A stretch of 64,000 nt of DNA from an uncultured Candidatus Rokubacteria bacterium. GTDB lineage: Bacteria > Methylomirabilota > Methylomirabilia > Rokubacteriales > DASRDR01. Shown in pieces: positions 9,801 through 20,954 of this stretch; positions within the stretch are counted from its first letter, which is position 1, and the number at the start of each line of letters is the position of its first letter. Below the pieces are notes generated by a model. It did no database searches and had not been told where the DNA came from. It saw nothing but the letters and a program-made list of their open reading frames with translations. The stretch covers positions 96,001-160,000 of the forward strand of contig CAVPSB010000002.1 of the NCBI GenBank assembly GCA_963708025.1, read 5' to 3'. The position numbers and the translations under genes were made by a program.

Positions 9801-10703
9801 GTGGCCGGCCAGGCCGCGGAGGTGGTCGGGGGGTCGGTCTCGGTCCCCCGGCGGGGTCGGGCTGGGGCCGCCGCCTGGCGGCGGTCGCTGCGGCTGGTCC
9901 TGCGCAGCGCGGCCGTGCTGCTGGGCACGGGCTTCGCCCTCCTCGTCGTTCTCATGGCCCTCTTCGCGGGCGTGCTCGCCCCCACGGCGCCCGACGAGCA
10001 GAACTTCGACCTGATCGAGACGCCGCCGGGGGCGCAGGCGCTCCTGGGCACCGACCGATTCGGCCGCGACGTCCTGAGCCGCGTGATCTACGGCTCCCGT
10101 ATCTCGCTCTACGTCGCCCTGGTCTCCGTCGGCACGGCGATGCTCCTGGGCGGCGGCCTGGGGCTGGTCGCCGGCTACGCGGGCGGCGGCTGGGACAACG
10201 CGATCAGCCGCGTAATGGACGTCTTCTTCAGCATCCCCGGCCTGCTGCTGGCGGTCGGGATCGCGGCGATGCGGGGCCCCGGGCTCAACAGCGCGGTCAT
10301 CGCCATCGCGATCCTGTACACGCCGATCTTCGTCCGGGTCATGCGGGCCCCGGTCCTCGGCGAGCGGGAGAAGGAGTACGTGGAAGCGGTCCGCGCCCTC
10401 GGCGCCGGTCGCTGGCTCGTGGTGGGGAAGCACATCCTGCCCAACGTCATCTCCCCGTTCGTCGTGCAGGGCACCGTCGCCTTTTCCCAGGCGATCCTGA
10501 TCGAGGCGTCGCTCAGCTACCTCGGGCTGAGCGTCCAGCCCCCGACCCCGTCATGGGGGAACATGCTCAACGAGGGACGCACGTACCTCGAGACCGCGCC
10601 CTGGATCTCCGTGTTCCCGGGCATCGCCATCATGCTGGCGGTCCTGGCCTTCAACCTGGTCGGCGACGGGCTGAGAGACGTCCTCGACCCCAAGTCACGT
10701 TAG
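9801..10703 (+). CDS. peptide/nickel ABC transporter permease (DppC-like)
   Basis: LLGTDRFGRDVLSRVIYGSR, EYVEAVRALG, HILPN and FNLVGDGLRDVLDP motifs. Confidence 0.9.
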   Translation: MAGQAAEVVGGSVSVPRRGRAGAAAWRRSLRLVLRSAAVLLGTGFALLVVLMALFAGVLAPTAPDEQNFDLIETPPGAQALLGTDRFGRDVLSRVIYGSRISLYVALVSVGTAMLLGGGLGLVAGYAGGGWDNAISRVMDVFFSIPGLLLAVGIAAMRGPGLNSAVIAIAILYTPIFVRVMRAPVLGEREKEYVEAVRALGAGRWLVVGKHILPNVISPFVVQGTVAFSQAILIEASLSYLGLSVQPPTPSWGNMLNEGRTYLETAPWISVFPGIAIMLAVLAFNLVGDGLRDVLDPKSR

Positions 10704-10713
10704 GAGGACACCC

Positions 10714-12246
10714 ATGATCACGCGTCGCGAGATGCTCAAGGCCGGCAGCCTCGGGCTCGGGGCCCTCGCCCTCGGCACGCCCGCCTTCGGCCAGACGCCG
10801 AAGCGGGGCGGCACCTTCATCTCCGCCCAGACCACGGAGGCCACCGGGCTGGATCCCCAGCTCGTCCCGGCCTTCTCGCGCAGCCGCCGGTCGCCGATGA
10901 TGTACAGCCAGCTCGTCCGCTTCGATCCCGACATGACCGCGGTCCCCGAGCTGGCCGAATCCTGGCAGGTGAGCCCGGACGGGCTGACCTGGACGTTCAA
11001 GCTCCGGGAGGGCGTGAAGTTCCACGACGGGCAGGAGATGACGTCGGCGGACGTCAAGTTCACCTTCGACCGCCTGTTCGAGAAGTCGCCGGGTAAATCG
11101 GATTTCATCGCGGTGGACAAGGTGGAGCCGTCCGGGAAGTACGGGGTCAAGTTCGTGACCAAGGAGCCGTTCGCCGGGCTCCTGGCCGCGCTCGGCGGCT
11201 TCTGGGGCTTCATCATCAGCGAGGCGGGGATCAAGAAGCACGGCGACCTCAACAAGACCGCGCTCGGTACCGGCCCCTTCGTGCTCGACGACTGGAAGGT
11301 GGAGCAGCAGATGGTGCTGAAGCGCCACGCCGGCTACTTCAGGAAGACCGTGCCCCTCGTGGACGAGGTGGTGCTGCGCATCATCCCGGACGAGGCCAAC
11401 ATCGTGGCCGCGCTGCGGACCGGGCAGATCCACCACGCCTTCATCGAGGACAACAAGAACTACAACCTCCTCAAGGACGAGAAGGCCTTGACCGGCTACC
11501 GCAGCTCGCGGCTCGGCTACGACTTCCTCAACATCAACGCGAGCCGCGGCCCCCTCAAGGACGTCCGCGTGCGCCAGGCGATCAGCTGGGCCGTCGACCG
11601 CGCCCAGGTCATGCGGGTGGCGGCGGCCGGGTTCGGCCGGCTGACCGCGCCGGCCACCGCGCCCATGAAGCAGTGGCAGCTCCCGGAAGAGGCGTGGATG
11701 AAGTACTACAAGCCTGACCTCGACAAGGCGAGGAAGCTCCTGGCCGAAGCCGGTCACGCCGGCGGCTTCACGGTCAAGCTCGGCGTCATCCCCACGTTCC
11801 CGACCATGGTCTCGGGGGCGCCGGTGGTCGCCGCCCAGCTCAAGAAGATCGGCATCACCGCCGAGATCGAGAACGTCGAGTACGCGGTCTGGATCAAGCG
11901 GTGGCTGGCCAAGGACTTCGACCTCACGATGAACACGACCCCGGGGTATGCCGATCCCGACACCGCGTTCTTCCGCGCGCTCCACTCGACCAAGGGGCAG
12001 AACTGGAACAGCTGGAGCGTGCCCGACCTGGACGGGCTCCTCGAGGAGGGGCGCCGGACGATGGACCAGAAGAAGCGCAAGGAGATCTACGACCGCGTCC
12101 AGGTCCTGATCCTGGAAAATGTGCCGCACCTCTGGCTGTTCTCGGCCGATACCATCGACTTCACCCAGGCCTCGGTGAAGGGCTTCAAGCAGCACCCGAC
12201 CACGCTGCTCTACGGGTTCGAGGGCGTCTGGCTCGACAAGGCGTAG
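10714..12246 (+). CDS. peptide ABC transporter substrate-binding protein (family 5), Tat signal
   Basis: TRREMLK Tat motif, PELAESWQVS...FKLREGVKFHDG, GTGPF and VRQAI motifs. Confidence 0.9.
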   Translation: MITRREMLKAGSLGLGALALGTPAFGQTPKRGGTFISAQTTEATGLDPQLVPAFSRSRRSPMMYSQLVRFDPDMTAVPELAESWQVSPDGLTWTFKLREGVKFHDGQEMTSADVKFTFDRLFEKSPGKSDFIAVDKVEPSGKYGVKFVTKEPFAGLLAALGGFWGFIISEAGIKKHGDLNKTALGTGPFVLDDWKVEQQMVLKRHAGYFRKTVPLVDEVVLRIIPDEANIVAALRTGQIHHAFIEDNKNYNLLKDEKALTGYRSSRLGYDFLNINASRGPLKDVRVRQAISWAVDRAQVMRVAAAGFGRLTAPATAPMKQWQLPEEAWMKYYKPDLDKARKLLAEAGHAGGFTVKLGVIPTFPTMVSGAPVVAAQLKKIGITAEIENVEYAVWIKRWLAKDFDLTMNTTPGYADPDTAFFRALHSTKGQNWNSWSVPDLDGLLEEGRRTMDQKKRKEIYDRVQVLILENVPHLWLFSADTIDFTQASVKGFKQHPTTLLYGFEGVWLDKA

Positions 12247-12247
12247 C

Positions 12248-12463
12248 GGGCGGGGCCGATGAGCGTCGCAACGTTCATCTCGGTCGGGACGCGCTCGGCC
12301 TGCTTCATTGGACGGCCCGGCCGGGGGCGTCCGTCCCGACCTATGGTCGTCCTCGGTCGAAGCCCATCCTCGGCGTATGCGGCATACGCCTGCGGTGGGC
12401 GACTCCCTGCGTCCATCGGACGGCCTTCGGCCTGGGGGCGCTGCTCGCTCCTCGGCCCCGCCC
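12248..12463 (+). repeat. long (~215 bp) structured repeat with terminal inverted repeats, copy 1
   Basis: Homologous to 27444-27642. Perfect 12-bp TIR GGGCGGGGCCGA/TCGGCCCCGCCC, internal hairpins and the GGACGGCCTTCGGCC core. Confidence 0.85.
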
Positions 12464-12548
12464 TCGCGTGAGCGTGACGGATCTGCCATGACGGCAACGC
12501 TTCGACAAGCGTAAGACGGCGGAACCGGAGCGAAAGAGGGCGGTCGCC

Positions 12549-13499
12549 ATGGGGCGGTATCTCGTCGTCCGACTCTACTCGATGGCGCTGACCCTGGCCG
12601 GGCTGACGGTCCTGGTCTTCCTCATGCTGCGGCTCATCCCGGGAACCGTCGTCGAGCAGATGATCGGCGCCGACGCGGTCGTGAGCCCGGCGATGGTCGC
12701 CGAGTTGCGGCGGTTCTTCGGGCTCGATCGACCCTGGTACGTCCAGTACTGGAGCTGGCTCAGCGGCGTGGCCCGGGGCGACCTCGGGACGTCGTGGAGG
12801 ACCGGGATGCCGGTCACCCAGCTCATCCTCGAGCGGCTTCCGGTCACGCTCGAGCTGACGGCGCTGGCCGTCGGCTTCGCCCTCGTCATCGGCATGGCGG
12901 CGGGTATCGTCTCCGCGGTCCGCCAGAACCGGGCCATCGATCAGGTCACCCGGGTCGGCGCGCTCCTCGGGCTGTCCGTTCCCGTCTTCTGGCAGGGCAC
13001 GATGCTGATCCTCTTCTTTTCCCTCTACCTCCGGTGGATGCCGCCGGTGGTCTGGGTCGATCTCGTCACCGACCCCCGGCGGAACCTGACCATCATGCTG
13101 CTCCCGGCGATCTGTCTGGGCACCGCCAGCGCGGCCAACATCGCCCGCACCACGCGCGCGTGCATGCTGGACGTCCTGCGCTCCGAGTACGTCCGCACCG
13201 CGCTCGCCAAGGGCCTGGGCGGCCGGGCGGTGCTGCTCAAGCACGCGATGAAGAACGCGCTGATCCCGGTGGTGACGGTGGCGGGGCTGCAGGTGGGCGT
13301 GTTACTCGGCGGGACGGTCGTGGTGGAGGAGGTCTTCACGCTCCCGGGGATCGGCCGGCTGGTCCTGTGGTCGATCTACCAGCGGGACTACCCCCTGACC
13401 CAGAGCACGATCGTGTTCATCGGCGCGCTCTTCATGACCCTCAATCTGCTGGTCGACCTGCTCTACGGGTACCTGGAGCCGCGCATTCGCTTCGGCTAG
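12549..13499 (+). CDS. peptide ABC transporter permease (DppB-like)
   Basis: FGLDRP...GDLGTS, ERLPVTLEL, YVRTALAKGL and QRDYP motifs. Confidence 0.9.
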   Translation: MGRYLVVRLYSMALTLAGLTVLVFLMLRLIPGTVVEQMIGADAVVSPAMVAELRRFFGLDRPWYVQYWSWLSGVARGDLGTSWRTGMPVTQLILERLPVTLELTALAVGFALVIGMAAGIVSAVRQNRAIDQVTRVGALLGLSVPVFWQGTMLILFFSLYLRWMPPVVWVDLVTDPRRNLTIMLLPAICLGTASAANIARTTRACMLDVLRSEYVRTALAKGLGGRAVLLKHAMKNALIPVVTVAGLQVGVLLGGTVVVEEVFTLPGIGRLVLWSIYQRDYPLTQSTIVFIGALFMTLNLLVDLLYGYLEPRIRFG

Positions 13500-13554
13500 G
13501 GTCAGGCCTTTCATTCTATCAATCTGCCGTGCTGGGCGGCGCCGCTGCGAAATG

Positions 13555-14019
13555 TCAAGAATGAAAGGCCTGACCCCCGTCGGGCAGGACGAGCTGGGCG
13601 ATCTGGTCGTCGACCACCTCACCGGTCGCCTCGACCGTGAAGTTCGAGGTGATGAGCCCAGTGGCGCCGGCGAAGGCGCCGTCGCCCCCCGTCACCTCCC
13701 AGATCACCGCGCCCATGACCCGGCCCGGGATCCCGCTGGGCCCCCGCACGCCGTGGCCCACCGTGCGGAAGGTGAGGGACCCCGCGGCACCGTAGCGGAT
13801 CCAGCCCGACTCGACGAAGGTTCCGCTCCCGGTCAGCTCGACCTCGGCATCCAGGGTCGCGGTCTCCCCGCCGAGGGGCTCGACGCGCCCCTCGACACCC
13901 GCCGCCGCCAGCGTCGTCCGGAAGAGCTGGCTCTGGGCGGTGGTCGCGCCTCGCCGGCGCCCCGGGGCGACCTCGACTCCTCGACCCCGGAACCGGAGCG
14001 CGAAGACGAGCGGTTTCAT
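13555..14019 (-). CDS. hypothetical beta-rich protein
   Basis: MKPLVFALRF...GAVIWEVTGGDGAFAGATGLITSNF. The ORF-track 5' extension is translated repeat DNA. Confidence 0.65.
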   Translation of the reverse strand: MKPLVFALRFRGRGVEVAPGRRRGATTAQSQLFRTTLAAAGVEGRVEPLGGETATLDAEVELTGSGTFVESGWIRYGAAGSLTFRTVGHGVRGPSGIPGRVMGAVIWEVTGGDGAFAGATGLITSNFTVEATGEVVDDQIAQLVLPDGGQAFHS

Positions 14020-14024
14020 CGAGT

Positions 14025-14135
14025 CCACCCCCACCCTTCGGACGGCCTTCGGCCTGTGGCGCCGGCCTTCGGCCTTTGGCGACCCCTCCCCACCCGTTCG
14101 ACGGCCTTCGGCCTTCGGCCGGGGGGAGGGGAGAT
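14025..14135 (+). repeat. REP-like element cluster, copy C (three or more GGCCTTCGGCC cores)
   Basis: Cores at about 14045, 14064 and 14103, flanked by CCCCTCCCC/GGGGAGGGG. Confidence 0.8.
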
Positions 14136-14215
14136 GGCCCGATGTCCCTCCGAGGCGACAGGCAGCGGACAGGCCTTGCGTTGACCGAGGGTCCCTCATG
14201 ATCGGCTCGGGCCCT

Positions 14216-15569
<1,354 letters not shown>

Positions 15570-15674
15570 AGCTCCTCCTCCCTTCGGCCTCACGGGAAGA
15601 GTGGGCCAACCTTAGCCCGCGACGGAGGTGGGGTCAAGAGGCTTCCCCCTCGCCCGCGGGGTCAGCCCGATGGC

Positions 15675-18600
15675 CTACGGAGCGACCAGGAATCCCTGCG
15701 CGTCCCAGGTTGGCGGCGTTTGCCGGCGGCGCTCGTCGCGCCGGCGGTCGGGGGCCCCCGGATCGACCCGGTCTCGGCGTTCCTCGCGCCGGCGGTCCCA
15801 GATCACCTGCCGGAGGTTCAGAGCCTCGAGATGCTCCTGCAGGGTTGCGAACAGCTCGGCCTCGCCCCGCCGGACGATGGCCAACCCCGGCGGGATGGCC
15901 TCGTCGTCGAGGGAGACCGCCAGCTCGCGGGCCAGTCGCTCGGTCTCGGCGACGTAGTGGGGGATGCGCAGCATCCGGAACGCCGCGTAGGCCTCGCGGA
16001 GCTGGCGGGCGACCCCGGTCCGGTCGTTCCGGGCATGGGCGAGCCCGGCGAGCGACAGGCGTGTCCACGCCACCAGGAAGCGGGCGTAGGTACGCGTGAA
16101 GGTCTCCAGGGCGTCGGTCAGGTACGTGTCCGCCGCGGCCAGATCGCCGCTTGCCAGCGCGATCCGTCCCATGGCGTGCCGAGCCCAGCCAAGCCCATAC
16201 GAGTAACTCGCCTCGGCGGACAGCCGCATCCCCTCGCTCGCCAGTTCCCGGGCGGCTTCTACCTGGCCCCGTACGAGGTAAGCCTCGCCAAGAAACGTGG
16301 CAAAGCGGCCCTCGAGCTGGCGGAACCCGAACTGCCGCATCTTGGCCACCGCCTCATCGAGCAAGGTGACGGCGTCCGCGACCTCGCCCTTCCCGAGGTA
16401 GACGTAGCCGAGATGACCGAGGACGATCGCGGTGTTGAGAGGATCGGGCGACTGCCCGAGTGCGCGCCGGCAGGCCTCGATGGCCACCGCCCAGTTCCCG
16501 GTCAGCGCCTGGATCCACCCCGTGGTCCATGTCGCGTAGCTCTCGATCCGGCGATCACCGAGCGCCTCGCCGACGGCGAGCGCCCGGGCTTCGGCCTCCA
16601 GCGCAAGGTCGAAGGCGCCGATGGTGATGTAGTTGATGCCGACGATCCAGTGGGCCAGGCCGAGCCACCAGCGTTCGCCGGCCGCCGCGAGGAGATCGGC
16701 GGCCCGACGACCGCGGGCGATGCCGAGGATGGGCTGGCCGCCCCAGGAGGCGGCCTGCGCGAGGACCAGGTAGGCACGGCCCATGGTCGCTTCATCGTGG
16801 TGCCGGCCGGCCGCGTCCAGAGCCTGGTGGGCGTGCTGGGCCGCCCGCTCATACTCGCCGAGGTAGCTGAAGGTGTGGGCCAGCCAGAAGTGATAGGGGC
16901 CAACCAGCGCGGGCAGCGCCTCCCCCCGCTCGAGCTGTACCTGCTCGCCGAGTAGGAGGTCGCGGGTCTCGGGGAACCGCCCGAGGAACGACAGGCAGTG
17001 GGCCAGCCGCAGGACGAGGTCGAGCCGGCTGGCCTCCCGGGTGCCGGGCGGAAGCCGGTCGGCGTGCTCCAGGGCCTCCCGCAGCGCGGCGACCGCCTCG
17101 ACGTGGGCGTGCCTCCGGGCCGCCTTGTCGGCGAAGCGCCCGAGGTACTCGACGGCCTTGTCGGCCTGCTTGGCCTTGGCGTAGTGGTACGCCAGCCGTT
17201 CGTAGGCTTCCTCCAGGCGGTCCGCGTAGAACCCTTCTAGCGCCCGCCCGGCGGCCGCGTGAACGGCCTGGCGGCGGGCAACCGGCAGGCTCTCGCGCGC
17301 GACATCCCGGGTGAGGGCGTGCCGGAACACGTAGACGGGCTCGTCCCCGACAGGCCGATCGTAGAGGAACTCGAGCCGCATCAGCTCACGGAGCGCCGGC
17401 TCCAGGTCGCCCGGCCCCTCCCAGACGGCCGCCAGCAGGCGGCGGGGCACTTCACGCCCGAGCACGGCCACCGTCTGGACGAGCTGGCGCGGGACTTCGG
17501 GCAACCGGTCGATCCGGGTGACGAGGACCTCCTGGATCGTGTCGGGCACCAGCTCGTCCGGGCCCGGCTCTCCCTGGGCTCCCACGGTCCGGACCAGCTC
17601 CTCCAGGAAGAACGGGTTCCCCTCGGCCTTCTCGACCAGGCGCCGGGCGAGATCGTCCGGCACCGCGCCGGCGGGGACCACGGAGCGGACCACCGCGAAG
17701 CTCTCCTCGGGGGCGAGGGGCTGGAGCGAGATCTGGGTCGCGTACGACTTCTCGAGCCAGCGCGGGCGCGAGCCGGGCCGGTAGGTCAGCACCAGCAGAA
17801 TGGCGGCGCCCGCGAGGCTCTCCACCAGGGAGTCGAGGTACGCCTCGGACGCCCGATCGATCCAGTGGATGTCCTCGAGCGCCAGGATGAGCGGGCGCCG
17901 GCGACTGCCTTCCAGCGAGAGTTGCCACATGACCTGAAACGTCCGCGACGGGACCGCCTCGGGGGCCAGCTCCGCCAGCCGCTCGGTCCCTTCCTTCACG
18001 CCGAGCAGGTGGAGCAGGTACGGGGCGGCCGCGTCGGCGTCCATCCCGACCGCTCGCACGCCGGCCCGGACCTTCTCGGCGATGACCTCGGGGCCGTCAC
18101 TCTCGCCGATCCGGCAGTTCTGCCGAAGCATCTCGATGATCGGCAGGTACGGGATGGTCGTCCCGTACGAGAAGCAGTGGCCCTCGAGGTAGGTGACCGG
18201 CTCGCTGGCCAGTTGCTGGCGCAGCTCGAAGAGGAGTCGGGACTTGCCGATCCCGGTCTCGCCCCCGATGCCGACGATCTGGCCGTGACCGCGCTGGGCG
18301 GTCGCCAGCCGGCTCTGCAGCAGCGTCAGCTCGTCGCGCCGGCCGACGAACGCGGCCATCCGCTGGCCGAAGGCGGTGCGCTCGAGCCCCACCAGTCGAT
18401 ACGCGGGGCCAGCGGTCGGCGGCATGTCGAGGGGTACCAGCTCGAAGCGGCGCGTGAGGAAGGGCGCCGCCGCGGCGCTGACGGCGATCGTGTCGGGCGG
18501 GGTGTCGCGGGTGAGGGCGTCCAGCGTGGCCCACGCCTCCCGCCGCGCGTCGGCGTCGATCTCGGCCACGCCGCCCGCGTGGCCGACGGAGACCTCGGCG

Positions 18601-20024
18601 GTGTGGAGGCCCAGGCAGACGGCGGGACGTTCGGGGTTCGCTCGCCGCGCCCGCTCACCGAACCTCTGGATCGCCATCGCCGCGTGCGCGGTGCGCCGCG
18701 CGGTGTCCTCCAGGGGCTCGAGACCGAAGGCGGCCACCAGCCCGTTCGGGCTCAGCTCCTCCACGCGCCCGCCGAAGGTCTGCACCTTCTCGACCAGGAC
18801 CTCGAGCGCCCGGGTCGCGTCGGTCGCCGGATCGCGGCCCGATGGCGTGCCGAGGGCCGCCCGCAGGAACGTCAGGCGCCGTCGCGTCCAGCGCAGGCTC
18901 GGGAGCGTGGCCGGCGCCGTGGGGGCTGCCGCGGTCGCGGCCGGCGCCGCCTGGGAGGCGGGGGCGGCGGGGCTCGCCGGTGCGGGCTGGCGCCCCCCGC
19001 TCGGCCGGGGTGACTCCGAGGAGAGACGGTGCTTCGCGATGCGGTACCGGACGGTGTTGCGGGGCAGGCCGAGCCGGGCGGCCGCGCGCGAGATGTTCCA
19101 GTCCGTGTCGTGAAGCGCATCCAGCAGCTCGTCCCGCTCCCGCTCGAGACGCGCCACGGCGTCATCGGCGCCCCCGCCCGCCTCGGCGCGGGGGTGCCCC
19201 GCGCTCCCGGCGCTCCGGGCCGCCGGCAGACCCAGCAGATCGGCGGTCACCAGGGGCGCCTCGGCCAGGAGCGCCACCCGCTCCATCACGTTGGCCAGCT
19301 CCCGGATGTTGCCCGGCCACGGATAGGCGAGAAGCGCCTCGCGGGCGTCGGGGGCCAGGCCCTTGGGGGACAGCCCGTAGTCCGTGCAGGCGCGGCTCAG
19401 GAAGTGCTCGGCGAGCAGCAGGGTGTCCGGGCCCCGCTCCCTGAGCGGTGGGAGGGCAACGGTGAGGACCGCGAGCCGGTGGTACAGGTCCTCGCGAAAG
19501 CGCCCCTGGCGCGTGCTCGTGGCCAGGTCTTCGTTGGTCGCGGTGACGATCCAGACGTCAACCGGCTCGCTCCTCGTGCTACCGAGCCGCCGCACCGTGC
19601 GCTCCTCGATGACCGTGAGGAGCTTGCTCTGCAGGCCTTCGGGCAAGAGGCCGATCTCGTCGAGGAAGAGCATGCCGTGATGCGCGGTCTGGAAGAGCCC
19701 GGGCTTGGCCTGGCGGGCGTCGGTGAAGGCGCCCCGCTCGAAGCCGAACAGCTCCGCCTCGAGGAGCGTCTCCGGGATCGCCGCACAGTTGACGTCGACG
19801 AACGGCCCGGTCCGGCGGGGCCCGATCCGGTGGAGCAGCCGAACGAGGAGGCCCTTGCCCGTCCCGGTCTCACCCTGGATGAGGATCGGTGGCAGGCGTC
19901 CCGCGCTCCCCTGGCGGTGTACCAGCCGCGTGACGGTATCCCGGACGGCCCGGACTCCGGGGCTGTCGCCGAGGAGCTCGGCGAGGGGGGAGGGCGCTTC
20001 CGCATGCGGCCTGACCGACTCCAT
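15675..20024 (-). CDS. sigma54 enhancer-binding AAA+ / Fis-HTH / cyclase-like / STAND ATPase / TPR fusion protein (1449 aa)
   Basis: GETGTGKG, GAFTDA, LFLDEI, FREDLYHRL, WPGNIREL, HTH WNISRAAARLGL, second P-loop GETGIGKSRL, LEDIHW, EGNPFFLEE and helical repeats. Confidence 0.85.
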   Translation of the reverse strand: MESVRPHAEAPSPLAELLGDSPGVRAVRDTVTRLVHRQGSAGRLPPILIQGETGTGKGLLVRLLHRIGPRRTGPFVDVNCAAIPETLLEAELFGFERGAFTDARQAKPGLFQTAHHGMLFLDEIGLLPEGLQSKLLTVIEERTVRRLGSTRSEPVDVWIVTATNEDLATSTRQGRFREDLYHRLAVLTVALPPLRERGPDTLLLAEHFLSRACTDYGLSPKGLAPDAREALLAYPWPGNIRELANVMERVALLAEAPLVTADLLGLPAARSAGSAGHPRAEAGGGADDAVARLERERDELLDALHDTDWNISRAAARLGLPRNTVRYRIAKHRLSSESPRPSGGRQPAPASPAAPASQAAPAATAAAPTAPATLPSLRWTRRRLTFLRAALGTPSGRDPATDATRALEVLVEKVQTFGGRVEELSPNGLVAAFGLEPLEDTARRTAHAAMAIQRFGERARRANPERPAVCLGLHTAEVSVGHAGGVAEIDADARREAWATLDALTRDTPPDTIAVSAAAAPFLTRRFELVPLDMPPTAGPAYRLVGLERTAFGQRMAAFVGRRDELTLLQSRLATAQRGHGQIVGIGGETGIGKSRLLFELRQQLASEPVTYLEGHCFSYGTTIPYLPIIEMLRQNCRIGESDGPEVIAEKVRAGVRAVGMDADAAAPYLLHLLGVKEGTERLAELAPEAVPSRTFQVMWQLSLEGSRRRPLILALEDIHWIDRASEAYLDSLVESLAGAAILLVLTYRPGSRPRWLEKSYATQISLQPLAPEESFAVVRSVVPAGAVPDDLARRLVEKAEGNPFFLEELVRTVGAQGEPGPDELVPDTIQEVLVTRIDRLPEVPRQLVQTVAVLGREVPRRLLAAVWEGPGDLEPALRELMRLEFLYDRPVGDEPVYVFRHALTRDVARESLPVARRQAVHAAAGRALEGFYADRLEEAYERLAYHYAKAKQADKAVEYLGRFADKAARRHAHVEAVAALREALEHADRLPPGTREASRLDLVLRLAHCLSFLGRFPETRDLLLGEQVQLERGEALPALVGPYHFWLAHTFSYLGEYERAAQHAHQALDAAGRHHDEATMGRAYLVLAQAASWGGQPILGIARGRRAADLLAAAGERWWLGLAHWIVGINYITIGAFDLALEAEARALAVGEALGDRRIESYATWTTGWIQALTGNWAVAIEACRRALGQSPDPLNTAIVLGHLGYVYLGKGEVADAVTLLDEAVAKMRQFGFRQLEGRFATFLGEAYLVRGQVEAARELASEGMRLSAEASYSYGLGWARHAMGRIALASGDLAAADTYLTDALETFTRTYARFLVAWTRLSLAGLAHARNDRTGVARQLREAYAAFRMLRIPHYVAETERLARELAVSLDDEAIPPGLAIVRRGEAELFATLQEHLEALNLRQVIWDRRREERRDRVDPGAPDRRRDERRRQTPPTWDAQGFLVAP

Positions 20025-20151
20025 CCTGCCCGTCGGTATCTTACTCCGGCTCGGCCCCTTCCCGCTGTCGAATCCGCCGAAAATTCCGTCACCACCACCA
20101 GTCGGACCGAATTGATAATGTCTAAGTGATTGAATTCACGGGACTTGGCGA

Positions 20152-20166
20152 TGGCATTACAGTTGC
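20152..20166 (+). promoter_or_regulatory. sigma54 (-24/-12) promoter
   Basis: TGGCATTACAGTTGC fits TGGCAY-N5-TTGC with exact spacing. It lies in an AT-rich tract divergent from a sigma54 activator gene. Confidence 0.75.
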
Positions 20167-20197
20167 CCTTATTCCGGCCATGAGATGGGAGGACCCG

Positions 20198-20374
20198 ATG
20201 GGCGGGCCATGGAAGGTGCGAGATTTCGATCCCAGAAGGTGGCAGCGCCCGGTCCCCCGGGTCGAGCAGGTGGTCACCGCCCCGGTGGCGCACGAAGCCG
20301 CCATCGCCCTCGCCTGGCTGGTCACGGTTGTGGCGGCGGCGGGGGTCCTCATGGTCCTGGCGAGCGGCTGGTAG
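20198..20374 (+). CDS. small membrane protein (58 aa)
   Basis: GGAGG RBS. MGGPWKVRDFDPRRW... with a C-terminal TM helix. Confidence 0.55.
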   Translation: MGGPWKVRDFDPRRWQRPVPRVEQVVTAPVAHEAAIALAWLVTVVAAAGVLMVLASGW

Positions 20375-20400
20375 GGCAGGAAGAGAGTCGGAGGAGGCAC

Positions 20401-20943
20401 ATGTCCACGATGTCAGGCTCGCGCTGGTCGACGGTCCCGTGCGTAGTCGCCCTCGTCGTCATCGTCGTTGCGTTCCGTCTGGCCGACGTCGGGCCGGGTG
20501 CCGCGGCGGGCGCCGTATCCGCGGTGACCGTCGAGGCGCCGTGGGAGACGTCAGTCCGCTCCCTCGATGCGGCACTCCAGCGGGGCGACGCCAGCGCCGC
20601 GAACCTGGCCTGGCATGAAGGGTACACGGCGGCGCGCGCCAGCGGCCGCTGGGAGGGGTTCGTGGCGATGGGCGACGCGGTCCGGCGGATCGCCGACACG
20701 GCCGGATCCCGCTCGATCGGAGAGGCGCGGGCGCGCAGCCTGTACCTGACCGCGCTCTTCCGCGCACGGCAGCAGGGCGCCCTGGCCGGGGTCCTGCGCA
20801 CGGCCGAGGCCTTCGCCGGCCTGGGCGACCGCGAGGTGGTGGAACAGTGCCTCACCGTCGCCCGGGCCCTCGCCGCCCAGACCGGCGACGGGGAAGCCGC
20901 GGGACGCATCGGGGTTCTGACCGCGCAGCTGGCTGCGAAGTGA
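20401..20943 (+). CDS. uncharacterised helical exported/membrane-anchored protein
   Basis: GGAGGAGG RBS, N-terminal hydrophobic segment and all-alpha body (YLTALFRARQQG...AEAFAGLGDREVVEQC). Confidence 0.7.
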   Translation: MSTMSGSRWSTVPCVVALVVIVVAFRLADVGPGAAAGAVSAVTVEAPWETSVRSLDAALQRGDASAANLAWHEGYTAARASGRWEGFVAMGDAVRRIADTAGSRSIGEARARSLYLTALFRARQQGALAGVLRTAEAFAGLGDREVVEQCLTVARALAAQTGDGEAAGRIGVLTAQLAAK

Positions 20944-20954
20944 GGAGGCCGATC

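Noticed and set aside
14025-14135. Clustered GGCCTTCGGCC units as a mini CRISPR array
   Set aside because: The units are 11-20 bp with irregular short spacing, they are dispersed elsewhere as singles, and no cas genes are present.
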